Shown here: positions 39,701 through 51,330 of the stretch, piece after piece | Numbering within the stretch: the first letter of the stretch is position 1 | How the letters are laid out: every line of letters starts with the position of its first letter | Assembly (NCBI GenBank): GCA_012295275.1 | Contig: CM022679.1 | Location: forward strand, 5,580,001 to 5,644,000 | Length of the DNA stretch: 64,000 nucleotides | Reading direction: 5' to 3' | From: Chrysomallon squamiferum | Lineage: Eukaryota > Animalia > Mollusca | Translations under genes and position numbers: made by a program | Notes under the pieces: model-generated | The model's database searches: none | What the model saw: only the letters and a program-made list of their open reading frames with translations | What the model was told of the DNA's origin: nothing

Positions 39701-42700
39701 GAAAATTAACAACATCACCCACTGTTTAAAACCTGGTGTCAATTGCTCCTTATATGTGAGCCACGATTACTTTTTGGGGGCTTATATTTGACAGGAAATT
39801 ATCCTTCATCCCCTATCTAAAATATGTTAAAAACAAGGCCCTAATAGCCCTCAATGTTTTAAAAGTTATTGGCAATACTGAAAGAGGAGCAGACCAAAAG
39901 GTCTTTAATAAGATCTAAGTAGGATTATGGATGCATTGTACATGGGTCGGCATGCAGGTGCTACATCCCATAGATAACCAGGGACTCAGGTTTTGTCTTG
40001 GTGCATTCAAAACATCTCCTCTGCAGAGCTTGTACGTTGATGCACACAAACCTTATTCGGATGCTAGACATGCAAAGCTTTCTGTCCAGTATGCTGCTAA
40101 AATAAAATCTTTACCAACACATCCTGCAAATGACATGATATTTGAAAACGTGAGGTTGCTTGATGTGAGGCTCAATGCCATTAAAACATTTGGTCTTCAC
40201 ATCAGGCAGTTTTTAACTAGTTCCATCATTGATTTTTCAAACATTTTGGAAACACCTACGCATTTTGTTCTTCCACCCTGGTGTGTTAAACCACCAAACA
40301 TTGTGCTGGATCTTATGCATCTTAGAAAAGATAGCACAGATCCTATTATTTATCCATCCTAAATTTGTTTAAAAATTTCTAAGAGTTACTGTATTTACCA
40401 TAAATTATAATTTAAATAAACTGTGATGTCTTTTGACAAATTTTGAATTTTTATGTATATTTACCATTTTGTTATTTTTAACTTTGTTTGACACCCACTA
40501 GCCGATATATATATATATAATTTTTTTTTTTTTTTTTTTCTTTTTTTGTGCTGCGATGTGATTCGTCCATTCATTTACTGCACTGGAAAACTGGGGCATG
40601 AACTATAGAAAGTTAAAATATGAAATACTACATAGGAAACAATAAGCAATTAAGAAGAAAAAAAGAAGTAAAATGGATAAGTGATGTTATGTTTTTATTC
40701 CAGGTTGTTTGAAAGACGTAGCACAGAACTGTTGTCAGAGTGTTACAGTAGAGACAAGGAGATGTCACATCAGTTGTTAGTTCGAAAACTACCATCATGG
40801 CGAAAACTGACATTGTTCAATATTGCTGATACCTACAAAATGATGGACTTCATTGAACATTCTTCGTGTCAAACAAAACTCAACAATATCTGGAAAGGTC
40901 ACATAGTGCCATATACTTTACAGCGAAAGGTACACTTATTAAATATCTCACATGTTTAGAAATCATAACTGAGTAGCAAAACAGGAGTGAATATTAAGGT
41001 GATGTGAACTTTTTTCATATAGTGTATGCACATAATTTAAAGTTACTATGTAATTATAATTTAAAAATAATTTCTGTTTTTTTTTATAAAAATATATGTA
41101 TCTTGATTGAAATCAATACCACATTCTTTTTTTATCAGCAATTTCTAAATTCCAGTTGGAATATTTTCATACTTCTTCCTCTCTTTATAAGTTATTATTC
41201 AGTTTGATCCTTCTTTTCATAATGACTCTGTTATATCAGAATTGTTTGGCCTTGTTACAGATCCTTTTTTGCGTGTTCTTTCCTATATTCCTACCTTTGA
41301 TCAAATTCACTTCCAATGAGAAACCTATCAGCATCATTAAGACATGGGTCTGTAGTAACAAGGTTGGCTATGAGTGCATGTCTGCAACATCTGACTCTCA
41401 AAAGACACAAAATGCAGAATACAAAGTGACTCTGTTTTGCTGTGGTCCAGATAGTATCAACATTCTATCTGCTTGGTTATATTTCTGTATTGCCCCAGTC
41501 ACTAAATATTTCTTCAATGTGGTAGGTGTTTCTGAATAATGGTACATTCATTTATAATTGTTTGATGTTGTGAAAATATTAGAGAAGCTGTTTTATTTTG
41601 ATAAATAGTTATAATCCTTCTAAATTTATTGGTAATTTTTTTCCATTTTTTATTTTATTGTTTTTCTTCCTTATCAGATTTTTGTTTTGTCTGTACCGTC
41701 GTAATTTTTACTTTTAAATAATTCAGATTAACCCACATTTTTTTGTTTGGTTAACTCCATCTCTCTTGGTTTGTCATTTTACTCTGTCTCTCTTTATGTA
41801 ATGTTTTTGAAATCAGTGCAGACAAACAAAAATATAATTTCTGTTACTTTTTTCAGCTGTCCTACGTTGTGTTCCTAGGCATTTTCAGCTACTTTGTGTT
41901 GGTGGATCTCCGACCTGTGGCACAGCCACAGTCTCCATCCAAGTGGGAAATTATTGCATGGATCTGGATTGCTACCATGATCATTGAAGAAATAAGACAG
42001 GTGTGCAATCATTTATCTTAGATTAATCTTAATTAATGTCTGTTAAGGAAGGCACAAAAAATAAACTAAATCATTTTCTATGTCAACATGAGATCATTTT
42101 TGTTTTTTTTATTAGATAGATTTATTCTTATACTCTTGAAAACAAACAGACTAAATGTTGTTGTTTTTTACTGTTCCTGGTTGTGTTGTTGTTGTTGTTG
42201 TTGTTTTGTTTTGTTTGTTTTTTTGTTGCTTATTTCTTTATGGTTGTTGTTTTGTTTTTCTGCAGAGAGGTCTTCATCAAATATAAAATATTTTACTTCA
42301 TTCTTAAAATGTTTCTAGATTTTTATATATAATACATAAAATACAAGACATTTTAGTTTTTGTTTGCAATGAGTTGTTTCACATTTTTTTCTAGATGTTT
42401 ATCCTTAATGAGCTCTCCTTCAAATATAGATATTTTACTTTTTCCTCAGTTTCTGTATCTGATTTTGTTTTCCTCTCTTCATTTTCCTGCATGATAAACT
42501 TTCTTCAAATATGATACAATAATAATCTTTTTGATATTTTTTCCATACTCACTTAAATATGGACTTTTTTTCCCTAGGTTCTTAACCGCAATGAGTACTC
42601 CATCAAATACAAGATTCTGAACTGGTTTTCTAACATCTGGAACAAGTTTGACCTACTCATGTACAGCATGATGATTCTGTGCATCATTCTGCGTTTCTGT

Positions 42701-42992
42701 CTAATTACCTCAAACTTCAGCTGGGCTCGCAAAATGTACAGTCTGACACTGATCGCATTTTATTTTAGATCCATGCAGTTCCTTCTCGCAGCAAAAAACA
42801 TAGGGCCTAAAGTGATCATGATATATAGAATGGTAATGCAGAGATTAATTTCAAACAATTCATCTGGAATGTAATAGTTGTTGTTGTTGTTTGTTTTGGT
42901 TTGTCTGTTTGTGCTTTGGGGTGTTTTTTTTTTTTTTTTTTGTTTGTTTGTTTTTTAAAATTAAATTCATTTGTTACTTTATTATTATTATT

Positions 42993-43042
<50 letters not shown>

Positions 43043-43546
43043 TAGCTTAATCTAATTCTTTTAGCAATAATATGAACATTTATTTCTTACAATTACAGGT
43101 TTTAGTTGTTGTTTTTTAAATTATTAGTAGTTCAAAATTCTAATAGTAACTGTTATGAATTTATGATTTATTTCTGTCTATGTATTTGTATTTGTTTTAT
43201 TTATGAATACATACATTTGCAGATGTTATTTAATAATCTTTTATTAACTTATTTTTCAGCTCACTGATCTGATGTATTTCTTCTACATCTTCCTTGTGTT
43301 TGTGGTCAGTTTTGGCATTGCCTACCACATCAACATGTACCCAAATTCACCACAGTCATGGACAATTCTCAAAAATGTGTTACTGATGCCTTACTTACAG
43401 ATGTATGGAGAACTTTTCCTAGAAAGAGTGGAAGGTAATTATTTTATTTTTTCTTATTTGAGAAAACTGTCCAGTTAGAATCCTGATCTAACAGTGATGT
43501 CTGAAAGGGTCAGAGATAATAGATTTTTATTACAGCACCACCTATA

Positions 43547-43581
<35 letters not shown>

Positions 43582-45684
43582 AGTTTTACTTATGTTTTAG
43601 CTTTAGTATAGTTGATTCTTTGATCTCAAGATAACATTATTTTGAGGTCATTTTGTGAAATGTCATTCTCATTTATACACAATCTATATACTTAGTCTAA
43701 CAATTAGAATTCTTTTCAAATATTATTTGTATTACCATTGTATCTGCTTTTCCCGAATCTGGAAAGACGTTTCTAAAACTGACAAGTCTTTATTCAGAAG
43801 ACTGTAATACATGTTAGCAATTACAACTATGTGACATTTCAGAACCTGGAGATTTGAAACCAATTACTTAACACTCAAGAAGTACTTCCTGTCACTTGTA
43901 CTTGTTTACTTTATTTGCCTACATATTATTCATATGAAGAAACACCAGGTTGTACAAGGAACCATTTAAGTATTTACTTACTTGTACTTCTATATTTTAT
44001 TTACTTACTCATACATGTTTACTTTATTTATTTACTGATTTGTATTTGTTTACTTTATTTATTTATTATTCAGGAGAAGAAACACCAGGCTGTACACGTA
44101 ACCAGTCTATTTGGCAGGAGGATCCTGATCTGCGATGTCCAGAAGCTGATGGTCTGAGCACTCTGTTGTTGTCTGTGTACATGCTGCTGACAAACATTCT
44201 CCTTGTCAATCTTGTCATTGCCATGTTCAGGTTAGTCAAAGATTTTAAAGTCACACTATAATGTTATTACAGAGGTATGGTAAATATATGACAGATATTT
44301 GTTAAACCATGGCTTTTTTTTGACTAGTTACAACTTGAATGATGGTATGAATATATAATATGAATAAGTTTTGCATACTAGCACATTATTATTGTTTGAA
44401 CTTCAAATGTAAACCTTATAGCTCAGTAAATAAATTATTACAGTATAATAACAAGTATATCTCTTCTGTTTTTAACATCATAAAAAATAATGGTGTTTGG
44501 TAGAATGCTATTATTTTTCAAAACTAATTTCTGTAAAATGCTGGTTTTTTATTTATTATTTTCTTTCTTTCTTTCTTTCTTTATTTAAACATTTCTACTG
44601 AAGCAAAGATGTGAAGAAGAAAAGAAAATGTCACCATCAAAGCATCATCACAGGTCAAAATTTGTTAACATAACTCTGGTTTTTCGTTTGCTTTTTTCCA
44701 GTTATACATTTCAGTCAGTTCAAGACAAATCAAGGAAAGTATGGCGATTTCATCGCCTCTCTCTCATAACTGAATACCAAGATTGCCCCACTCTTGCTCC
44801 TCCTTTTATTATTTTTAACCATTTATTCCGGATTGTTACATGGAGGCTACACAAAAGAAGTAAAGAATCAAATGATAGTAAGTTCTTTTTTATATAACTG
44901 TGACAGTAAAGCAGTAGTCAGTATTAGTTAGTGAATTAGTGAAATGTAAAATAATACTGTTGCAATTACTACTGAAGATACTTATTATAAATGCCATTAA
45001 GCAGCCAAAGTGTTATTTCTGTACATCAGAGATACTGTTTTGTTTTCAAATATTACAGATATATAACACATATGCTGCAGTTATTGACTGTGCATTTTCT
45101 TTTCTAAATAGAGATATTAAATTATTATATCATAAATGAGTAAATTCTCACTTTTAAAACAGTTGGTTTATTTTGTCCCTGCTAACAAACAATACCATTA
45201 TAAACAAAAAGAAATGAATAAATAAATAAAGAGAAAAAAATAATAATAATAACAATAAATAAATAATCTTAAAAAAAAAAAAAAAATAATATATAAATAA
45301 CCTTTAAAAATTAATAATAGTAATATATAAATAACAAATAAAAATGAAAAATTACTTATGGTAATGTGAATTAAATAGTAAAATTATTTTGATAAAGAGA
45401 TTTAGCTTCTTCAAATGATTATTTTGTTCATAAGGAAACCACTGCTAACAGTAATTATAACAAATATGCAGAGATTTATAAAGTCTTTATTTTTTCATAT
45501 ATTCATGAAGCAGTGAATCAGTAATTGTGTTAAATTGTTTTTTTTATTTATTGTAGAAAAGGATGAAGACAATGAAAGTCTGAGTCTGTTTGAGAAAGTA
45601 GCTACAAACCATTATCTGTCTCACACCAATCTATTTGAAAGACAGGAATTTGATATGTCAGTTAGCAAAGTAGCAGAATTGTAA
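25020..45684 (+). CDS. TRPM-family (TRPM2-like) cation channel, copy B, about 1089 aa, no NUDT9-H domain
   Basis: Exons 25020-25112, 25579-25759, 26178-26344, 26735-26912, 27576-27605, 27838-27867, 28196-28361, 28741-28882, 29253-29337, 30567-30673, 31147-31281, 31562-31624, 31890-31983, 32461-32502, 32994-33026, 34911-35012, 35414-35513, 40704-40929, 41261-41521, 41857-42000, 42578-42832, 43260-43434, 44074-44230, 44702-44877, 45557-45684 sum to 3270 nt in one open frame. MHR1/2 (SLOG) motifs PKLLISVTGGA, AWIITGG, LDHNHSHFILVDNG, VEGG, EGTGRAAD plus TM and TRP-box motifs. The true start codon is uncertain. Confidence 0.92.
27576..27605 (+). CDS. 30-nt phase 1-1 micro-exon of TRPM-B (AETSEQKSLQ)
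   Basis: aaattttgcag acceptor, 30-nt open frame, G|gttggtatca donor; fits the phase-1 intron between 26912 and 28196. Confidence 0.65.
27838..27867 (+). CDS. 30-nt phase 1-1 micro-exon of TRPM-B (AETSEQKSSQ), tandem duplicate of 27576-27605
   Basis: aattttgcag acceptor, near-identical to the previous micro-exon, same gttggtatca donor. Confidence 0.65.
32461..32502 (+). CDS. 42-nt phase 1-1 micro-exon of TRPM-B (DEKYKVYDEQKLSQ)
   Basis: Polypyrimidine tract plus ttttacag acceptor, open frame, G|gttggtatca donor; shares the gaacagaaa...tcacagg core with the 27.6 and 27.8 kb micro-exons. Confidence 0.6.
32994..33026 (+). CDS. 33-nt phase 1-1 micro-exon of TRPM-B (DKRKSEKEPPK)
   Basis: tttttttgcag acceptor, open frame, G|gttggtatca donor. 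Confidence 0.6.
36152..40578 (+). mobile_element. Degenerate I/Nimb-like LINE (non-LTR retrotransposon) in a TRPM-B intron
   Basis: Absent from the homologous intron of copy A (flanks aaaaccagaa.ctgga and agaaagt.aaaatat align). Begins CAGT. ORF1 remnant with Zn-knuckle-like CHKYGH..C and CPLCG (37002-37211). APE endonuclease IQWNC...CLQET at about 37750-37850 and PFILMGHF at 38606-38914. RT remnants (WRKAIVIP, QGSILS) and C-terminal GLRFCLGAFKTSP..SLY. Short cattcatt tail. Many stops and deletions. Confidence 0.85.
37888..38567 (-). mobile_element. hAT DNA transposon remnant nested in the LINE endonuclease region
   Basis: Minus ORF 38172-38465 (TKCTGECSFFKL..QRTMMGEKRLNMLTLMNI.CELL...IIKDLA) resembles the hAT C-terminal dimerisation domain. 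One terminus reads ttaatccagcactg, and gggcccatagca-like subterminal motifs occur near both ends. The other terminus appears truncated. Confidence 0.75.
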
Positions 45685-47389
45685 TTTTAATATTTAGTAG
45701 AATTTTGGTGCATTTTTGAAAATATTGTTCATTTGATTTCTTCCATCAGAATTGTTGCTGTGCATGTCTGAGGGTGTTCTGCAATCATTGTATGTGATGG
45801 CAAGATCTGATATCTTGATAAATTTCTAAAACTTCATGTACTGAGCCTTTTTGGAGAGAAATGTATTTACTTGGATAAATTACTTGTTATTTACTTAAGT
45901 ATAATGTTCAGAGTTACTTCTTTAGTATATAACAGCTGGTTTGAATCCCAAAACACTATTTTGAAAACAATTTTTATTTAAAAAATTACAAATTCCCATT
46001 TCATTAGTCTTGCATGACTGATATTTTAGAAAGCTATGGTATATTCTACCTTGCCAAATTAATATTGTTTTCACATACTGTCGTATTCTTTTATATTAAA
46101 AATGTGTTCAAGTACGTTTCACATAAGACTGGATTTCATTCACAGTGCCCAGACAACCTGTCACAACTTTTTTATTGTCTTTTTCTTTTTAGTTTCCTAT
46201 CAGTCTTGTCAAAATACTACAAAACTGTGCCTGTGTGTGTATATTTCTATTTCCAATTTTTATCATAAGGATTGTCAGTGATGTAAACAGAAGAGAATTT
46301 TGAAGTACAGCTGTGACTATATTATTAGTCAGTTTGTGTGTGTTCAAGTAACAGTTCAATGCAGCTAAATCCTCAGCTTAACAAGGATTTTGCTATACTT
46401 CTGTTTACATAAAGAGATAAAAAAAATCAAATAAAATTTCTCCTTCATTCATGAGAGCTTTATATTTTATTGAAAATCTTTATTAATAAAGATTTGTACC
46501 TGAACACAAGATGATAACTCTTCAGTGTACAAAATATCTTTAAGTAATTTTATTATTATTATTATTATTATTATTATATTATTATTATTATTATTTTAAT
46601 ATAACTGAAATATTTATATAAGCTAGATTCTTTTAGAAGAACAGAAATTTGTTGTTAATTTATATTTGATTCAATATTTCAAAATGTTTTTGTTTTTTTT
46701 AACAATTTTATCATAACTTGAAACAATTTGAAACAATTTTATCATAACTTTTTACTAGTGTTTTAAACATTTTTAGAACAATTCCTCGTTTGAATATTTT
46801 TTATTTTAGTGTTTATAAAAATATACTTTTCAAATTGTGTATAAAATTTTGTTTAAACCATCATGCCATTGATTATAACAGTATTTGATATTTTACTTTA
46901 TTGTTTCATTTACAAACAGATAACATTCTTCATTTTTTATACCATTCCTTTTATATTTCTTTGTCTTCTTCAGAAAACGTTTGTTTCTAAAATATTTAGA
47001 AAATGAAAAGAATCATGCCTCTGATTTAAGTTTACAATTTATTCTCCTTAGCAGCGTTTATGAATGCATTTAGCATACGAAATAATTGAGACAAGTTGTA
47101 GAAACTTTTTCTTTTTTTAATTTTGGTAAATTCAGTGCATAGTACACTGTACTGGTACCTAAATGGATCAAGAAATTTCCACTTGAATAAGTGCACCGTT
47201 CTATTTCTTTATCATATATTTTTATAATTTAAATTTTTATATCTTTAAAAAAGAAGTGAAATTAATATAATGTTTCGATTCAATGAAAGTGCATGTAGAT
47301 TTGGTTATTTTTTTAAGAATTAATTTATGAATTTAAAGGAACCAGCTATAGTTTTAGTTTTAACCTCAACGTTAATTATCAGGTAAATA

Positions 47390-47424
<35 letters not shown>

Positions 47425-47429
<5 letters not shown>

Positions 47430-48173
47430 ACGTCGAGTTACGAGTGCTCCAACTTACGAGTTTTCCGAGTTACGAGCAGTTCCCTTCGATTTTGAGTTCC
47501 GAGCCAAAATCCGAGATACAAGTTAACTTCAGATACGCCACCACTACAAGGCGCAACAACAACACAATATCCGCCAGTATCCCCTGTTTTATTCGTTTGA
47601 TTCATTTGGTTACCTCGCCGTGGAAGCATCTTTGTTCTGTTGTGCTCGCATTTGTACAGTAAATTTTCCAAATTTCCATAGATCCTAAGAAAGTGAGTGC
47701 AAAGAACAGTGCTGAGAAGAAGAAGCGGATGATGTCCATTGAATTAAAGTATAAAAACATAGAAAATCATGGACTAGCCAGTACGATCACAGTACTTTTA
47801 CCATATGTACCATATTGAAGCAGAAGTCGTCGATAGAGAAAATAACTCCAGGCAAATGCGTTATAATAATTTCTAAGCTGCGGACATCTGTCCATGAAAA
47901 GATGGAGAAACCGTAACCCTGTACATTTTACAAAACCAATTTATATCTTTTCATTCTCTTTTATTTTGTTTTTATACAATATATGTTATATATACATACA
48001 TTTTTCTTCTTCAAAGAACCGTTACAAAAAATTGGGGTTTTCTTTTCGGGGTGTGGGACGGATTAATAATACTTCAATTAATTTCATTTGGGAAAATTGA
48101 TTTGATATACGAGCAAATTGAGTTACGTGCTCGGACACGGAACGAATTAAATTCGTAAGTCAAGGTACCACTG
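47425..48173 (+). mobile_element. Tigger/pogo (Tc1-mariner superfamily) deletion derivative
   Basis: TIRs cag(tg)gtacgtcgagttacgag and ttcgtaagtcaaggtaccactg followed by TA; internal transposase N-terminal remnant DPKKVSAKNSAEKKKRMMSIELK...ICTILKQK (CENP-B-type HTH). Absent at the homologous site after TRPM-A (about 19020-19080). Confidence 0.8.
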
Positions 48174-48724
48174 TATTTACATATACGTATATATACATAG
48201 ATATATAGATATATATATCAATATATATGTGTGTGTGTGTGTGTTAACTATTTTCTACACCAAAACTGATCCACATTTTAAAATGATCTCCGTTTTAACA
48301 GATCTAGCGCGAAAACATCTCATTATGTAACTACCAAATATCTTCCTTCCATAACAAACTCATACACTTTGGTTATAATTTAACAGATATTTTAATTTAA
48401 ATGAACTGAGCCATGCTTTGATTTGTTAAATATAAATCTGCTGATGGTTTAAAACATCGAGTGTTGTTTTGTTTTTCAAAAGATAAAAAATTATGAATCA
48501 TTCCTCTTTATAGATCAATTAAACTGTTTGATATCTACATTAATGAAAAGAAAAAAAAATATATAATTAATATATATATATATATATATTTATTATGTTG
48601 ATGATTTTTCTATTTTTTTATTATTATAATAAATAATATAAATTTTCATACACATGCTTTTGTTTTTTATTTTATAAGTTAATATTTAATAATGTTATTG
48701 TTTCTGTTTTTGTTTCGTTCTGAG

Positions 48725-48761
<37 letters not shown>

Positions 48762-49729
48762 TATAATAAAGAGATGAAATAGAACCAATACTGTAATAAA
48801 ACTAAAAATATTTTATATTTTTTAAATTTTATTTATTGTTAGAAAAATCATAAATCATTATTCTAAAGAATGAATAACTATTTAAAGAAATCTGCACTGA
48901 ACAAAAGGATTAATTATGAAAATTAAGATATATATATTTTCAGACGTGTTCTTTAATCATTATTTTGCATTTGAACCTAGAAAACAACAAACTACCAAAA
49001 TGTTCACTAAAAAGTATCTAATGAGGTCATACTGTTATAATAAATTATGACAGATGTAAACTGAACTGCAAGGAAATTGTATTCCGTTCTAACAGGTAAC
49101 GTGTTTAAATAAAAGTAAAGAACAATGCACCAAATCCAGTCAGTAAATGAAAACAACAAGTACTAGTACAACAACAACAATTCTTAGAAAAAACCCAGAT
49201 TCATCCAATCTTATGGTTTAGGGGAGATGACTCTAAACTATCAAACGTTTATCATAATGAATTATTTTCCGTAAAAATATCTTTGGTAGAACGTAGAACT
49301 GATAAGAAAAAGTTACGATTTTTTATTTGAATACAATTTCCGGGTTTAAGCCATTAAAATTTATAGAGAAACTGTAATCGATTTCTTTCATTTATGCAAC
49401 ATAAACACATAATATCTCGTATAGGGTCAAACAATATATTATATATCAAAATGAAGCTAATGAATTCTGGAGCTGTACAGCTATATGTTGCTAACATTCC
49501 TTAATTTTCAATGAATTAGTTAATTGCGTTAATTAGCTCAAATGTACCATACGCCTTAATTAAGTAACTCTCAGAAACTAGACCAGCGTATAAAGACTTC
49601 ATTTTATGATTGCTGAACTGTAGACGCCTTAACTGTTTTAAGCAATTTGCTAATATTCTTTTTTTTTTTTTTTTTTTTTTTTTTATTTATTTATTTATTT
49701 GTTTATTTTTTCTTATTATTATTTTAATG

Positions 49730-49771
<42 letters not shown>

Positions 49772-49905
49772 TGTATTTTTATTTATTTTTTCAAATGCAG
49801 TGTACTATTAAATGTACATTCCAGCTGATTCGTTCAGACTTTGCATTAGAAATAAAACCATCAAAGCAATTTAATTTTTGTCAAATTCCTTCTGCATATC
49901 TGTTT

Positions 49906-49907
<2 letters not shown>

Positions 49908-49989
<82 letters not shown>
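49908..49989. repeat. (GA)n microsatellite; others at 55891-55970 and 62394-62480, (TAT)n at about 57938-58048 and 24868-24920, (GT)n at about 20726-20774 and 60863-60914
   Basis: Directly visible simple repeats. Confidence 0.95.
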
Positions 49990-49992
<3 letters not shown>

Positions 49993-51330
49993 TAATTTTT
50001 TAAATTGCATAATTACTAGCTGTCAAATTAAATAACTAATACAGATTAGAGGGAAAAAAATATTTATTTATTTAATTATTTTTATCTTTCTTATATTTCA
50101 AAATATCAACATTGAAACTTTTAATCAACATTTGACATTATAATTATAGTCACACTTTTTAGAGACCGGATTAAATACCAAATCCGGAGGACAACTCATC
50201 AAAACTGCACTTCCCTGAGTACATGTGAAGTACGTAGAACAGTCATCGGGATTACGAATACTACCTATCACAATAGTAAGTCAATTAGTAAGTGTGTAGG
50301 AAAATAAGAAAGAAGGTAAAAAATTGAATACGTAATTAAATAAATAAGAATGACAGAAAGAATGAAAAAAGAAATTCAAAAAGTAATTTACCAGTAAGTA
50401 ATAAAAAATAAGAAACAGTATAAGTGAATAAACGAAAAAGTAAATAAACAGAAAGAAAGAAAAAAGAAAGTAATAATAATTGATTATTAAAAAAAAGAAA
50501 ATATAAAAAAAGAAAAGAATGTAAGTGAATAAATGAGAAACATTTTAAAAATTGTTAAGAAAGTGATTAAGTAAGCAGATAAATAAGTTAGAAAATACGT
50601 AAGTCAGTAGGTAAATAGATAAGTCAAAAAGTAACCAAACAAGTAGGAAACATTGCATATATACATACATACAAACATATACACGTTCATACATACTTAC
50701 CTGTGTGTGTGTTATTTTTAAAAGTTTGGTGGGACACTGGCTAGAACTGGAAATCAGTATAAAAGTATGGTTGGAGGAGGAGGAGTAATCAGATTAACCT
50801 ACCTGTCTTTGTAGGGTTCACATGGCAGGAAGAATGTGAAGGAATCGGTAACAACTTCTTTCTGGAACAGTCAAATATATTATGTACAGTATTTTTCCTT
50901 TTTTAAAAAACATATATTTATTTTCAAATTGCAATTTAGCACCAATTCGGTATGATAATACATTTCATCACAATAACAAAACAAAAGAATTAAAAACATC
51001 AAAAATAAATCACTAATAATAACAATGGGATTTTCGTAATTAGTATTATTACTGGAATAAAAAAGATAATTGTTTTTAAAAATTTGGCATTGATCTGTAA
51101 AAAACAATTCTGCTGGATACTGACTGCCTAAAGATATCAAAAATCACCACATCAAAAATAATCTTCATTCATATTACGAAAACATTTGCATATTTGTTAC
51201 TACACTATGTCTAGATTTACATATTTTATTTAAAAAAGCATCACATAAACATTTTATATATACAACAATAAATATATGTTATATACAAGACAGCCCATAT
51301 ATTTTTTAAAAAAAACTTCACATAAATATT

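Noticed and set aside
49290-49630. Repeat-like block shared with 61740-62070
   Set aside because: Looks like a transposon fragment but no termini or coding remnant could be identified; covered by the segmental duplication.
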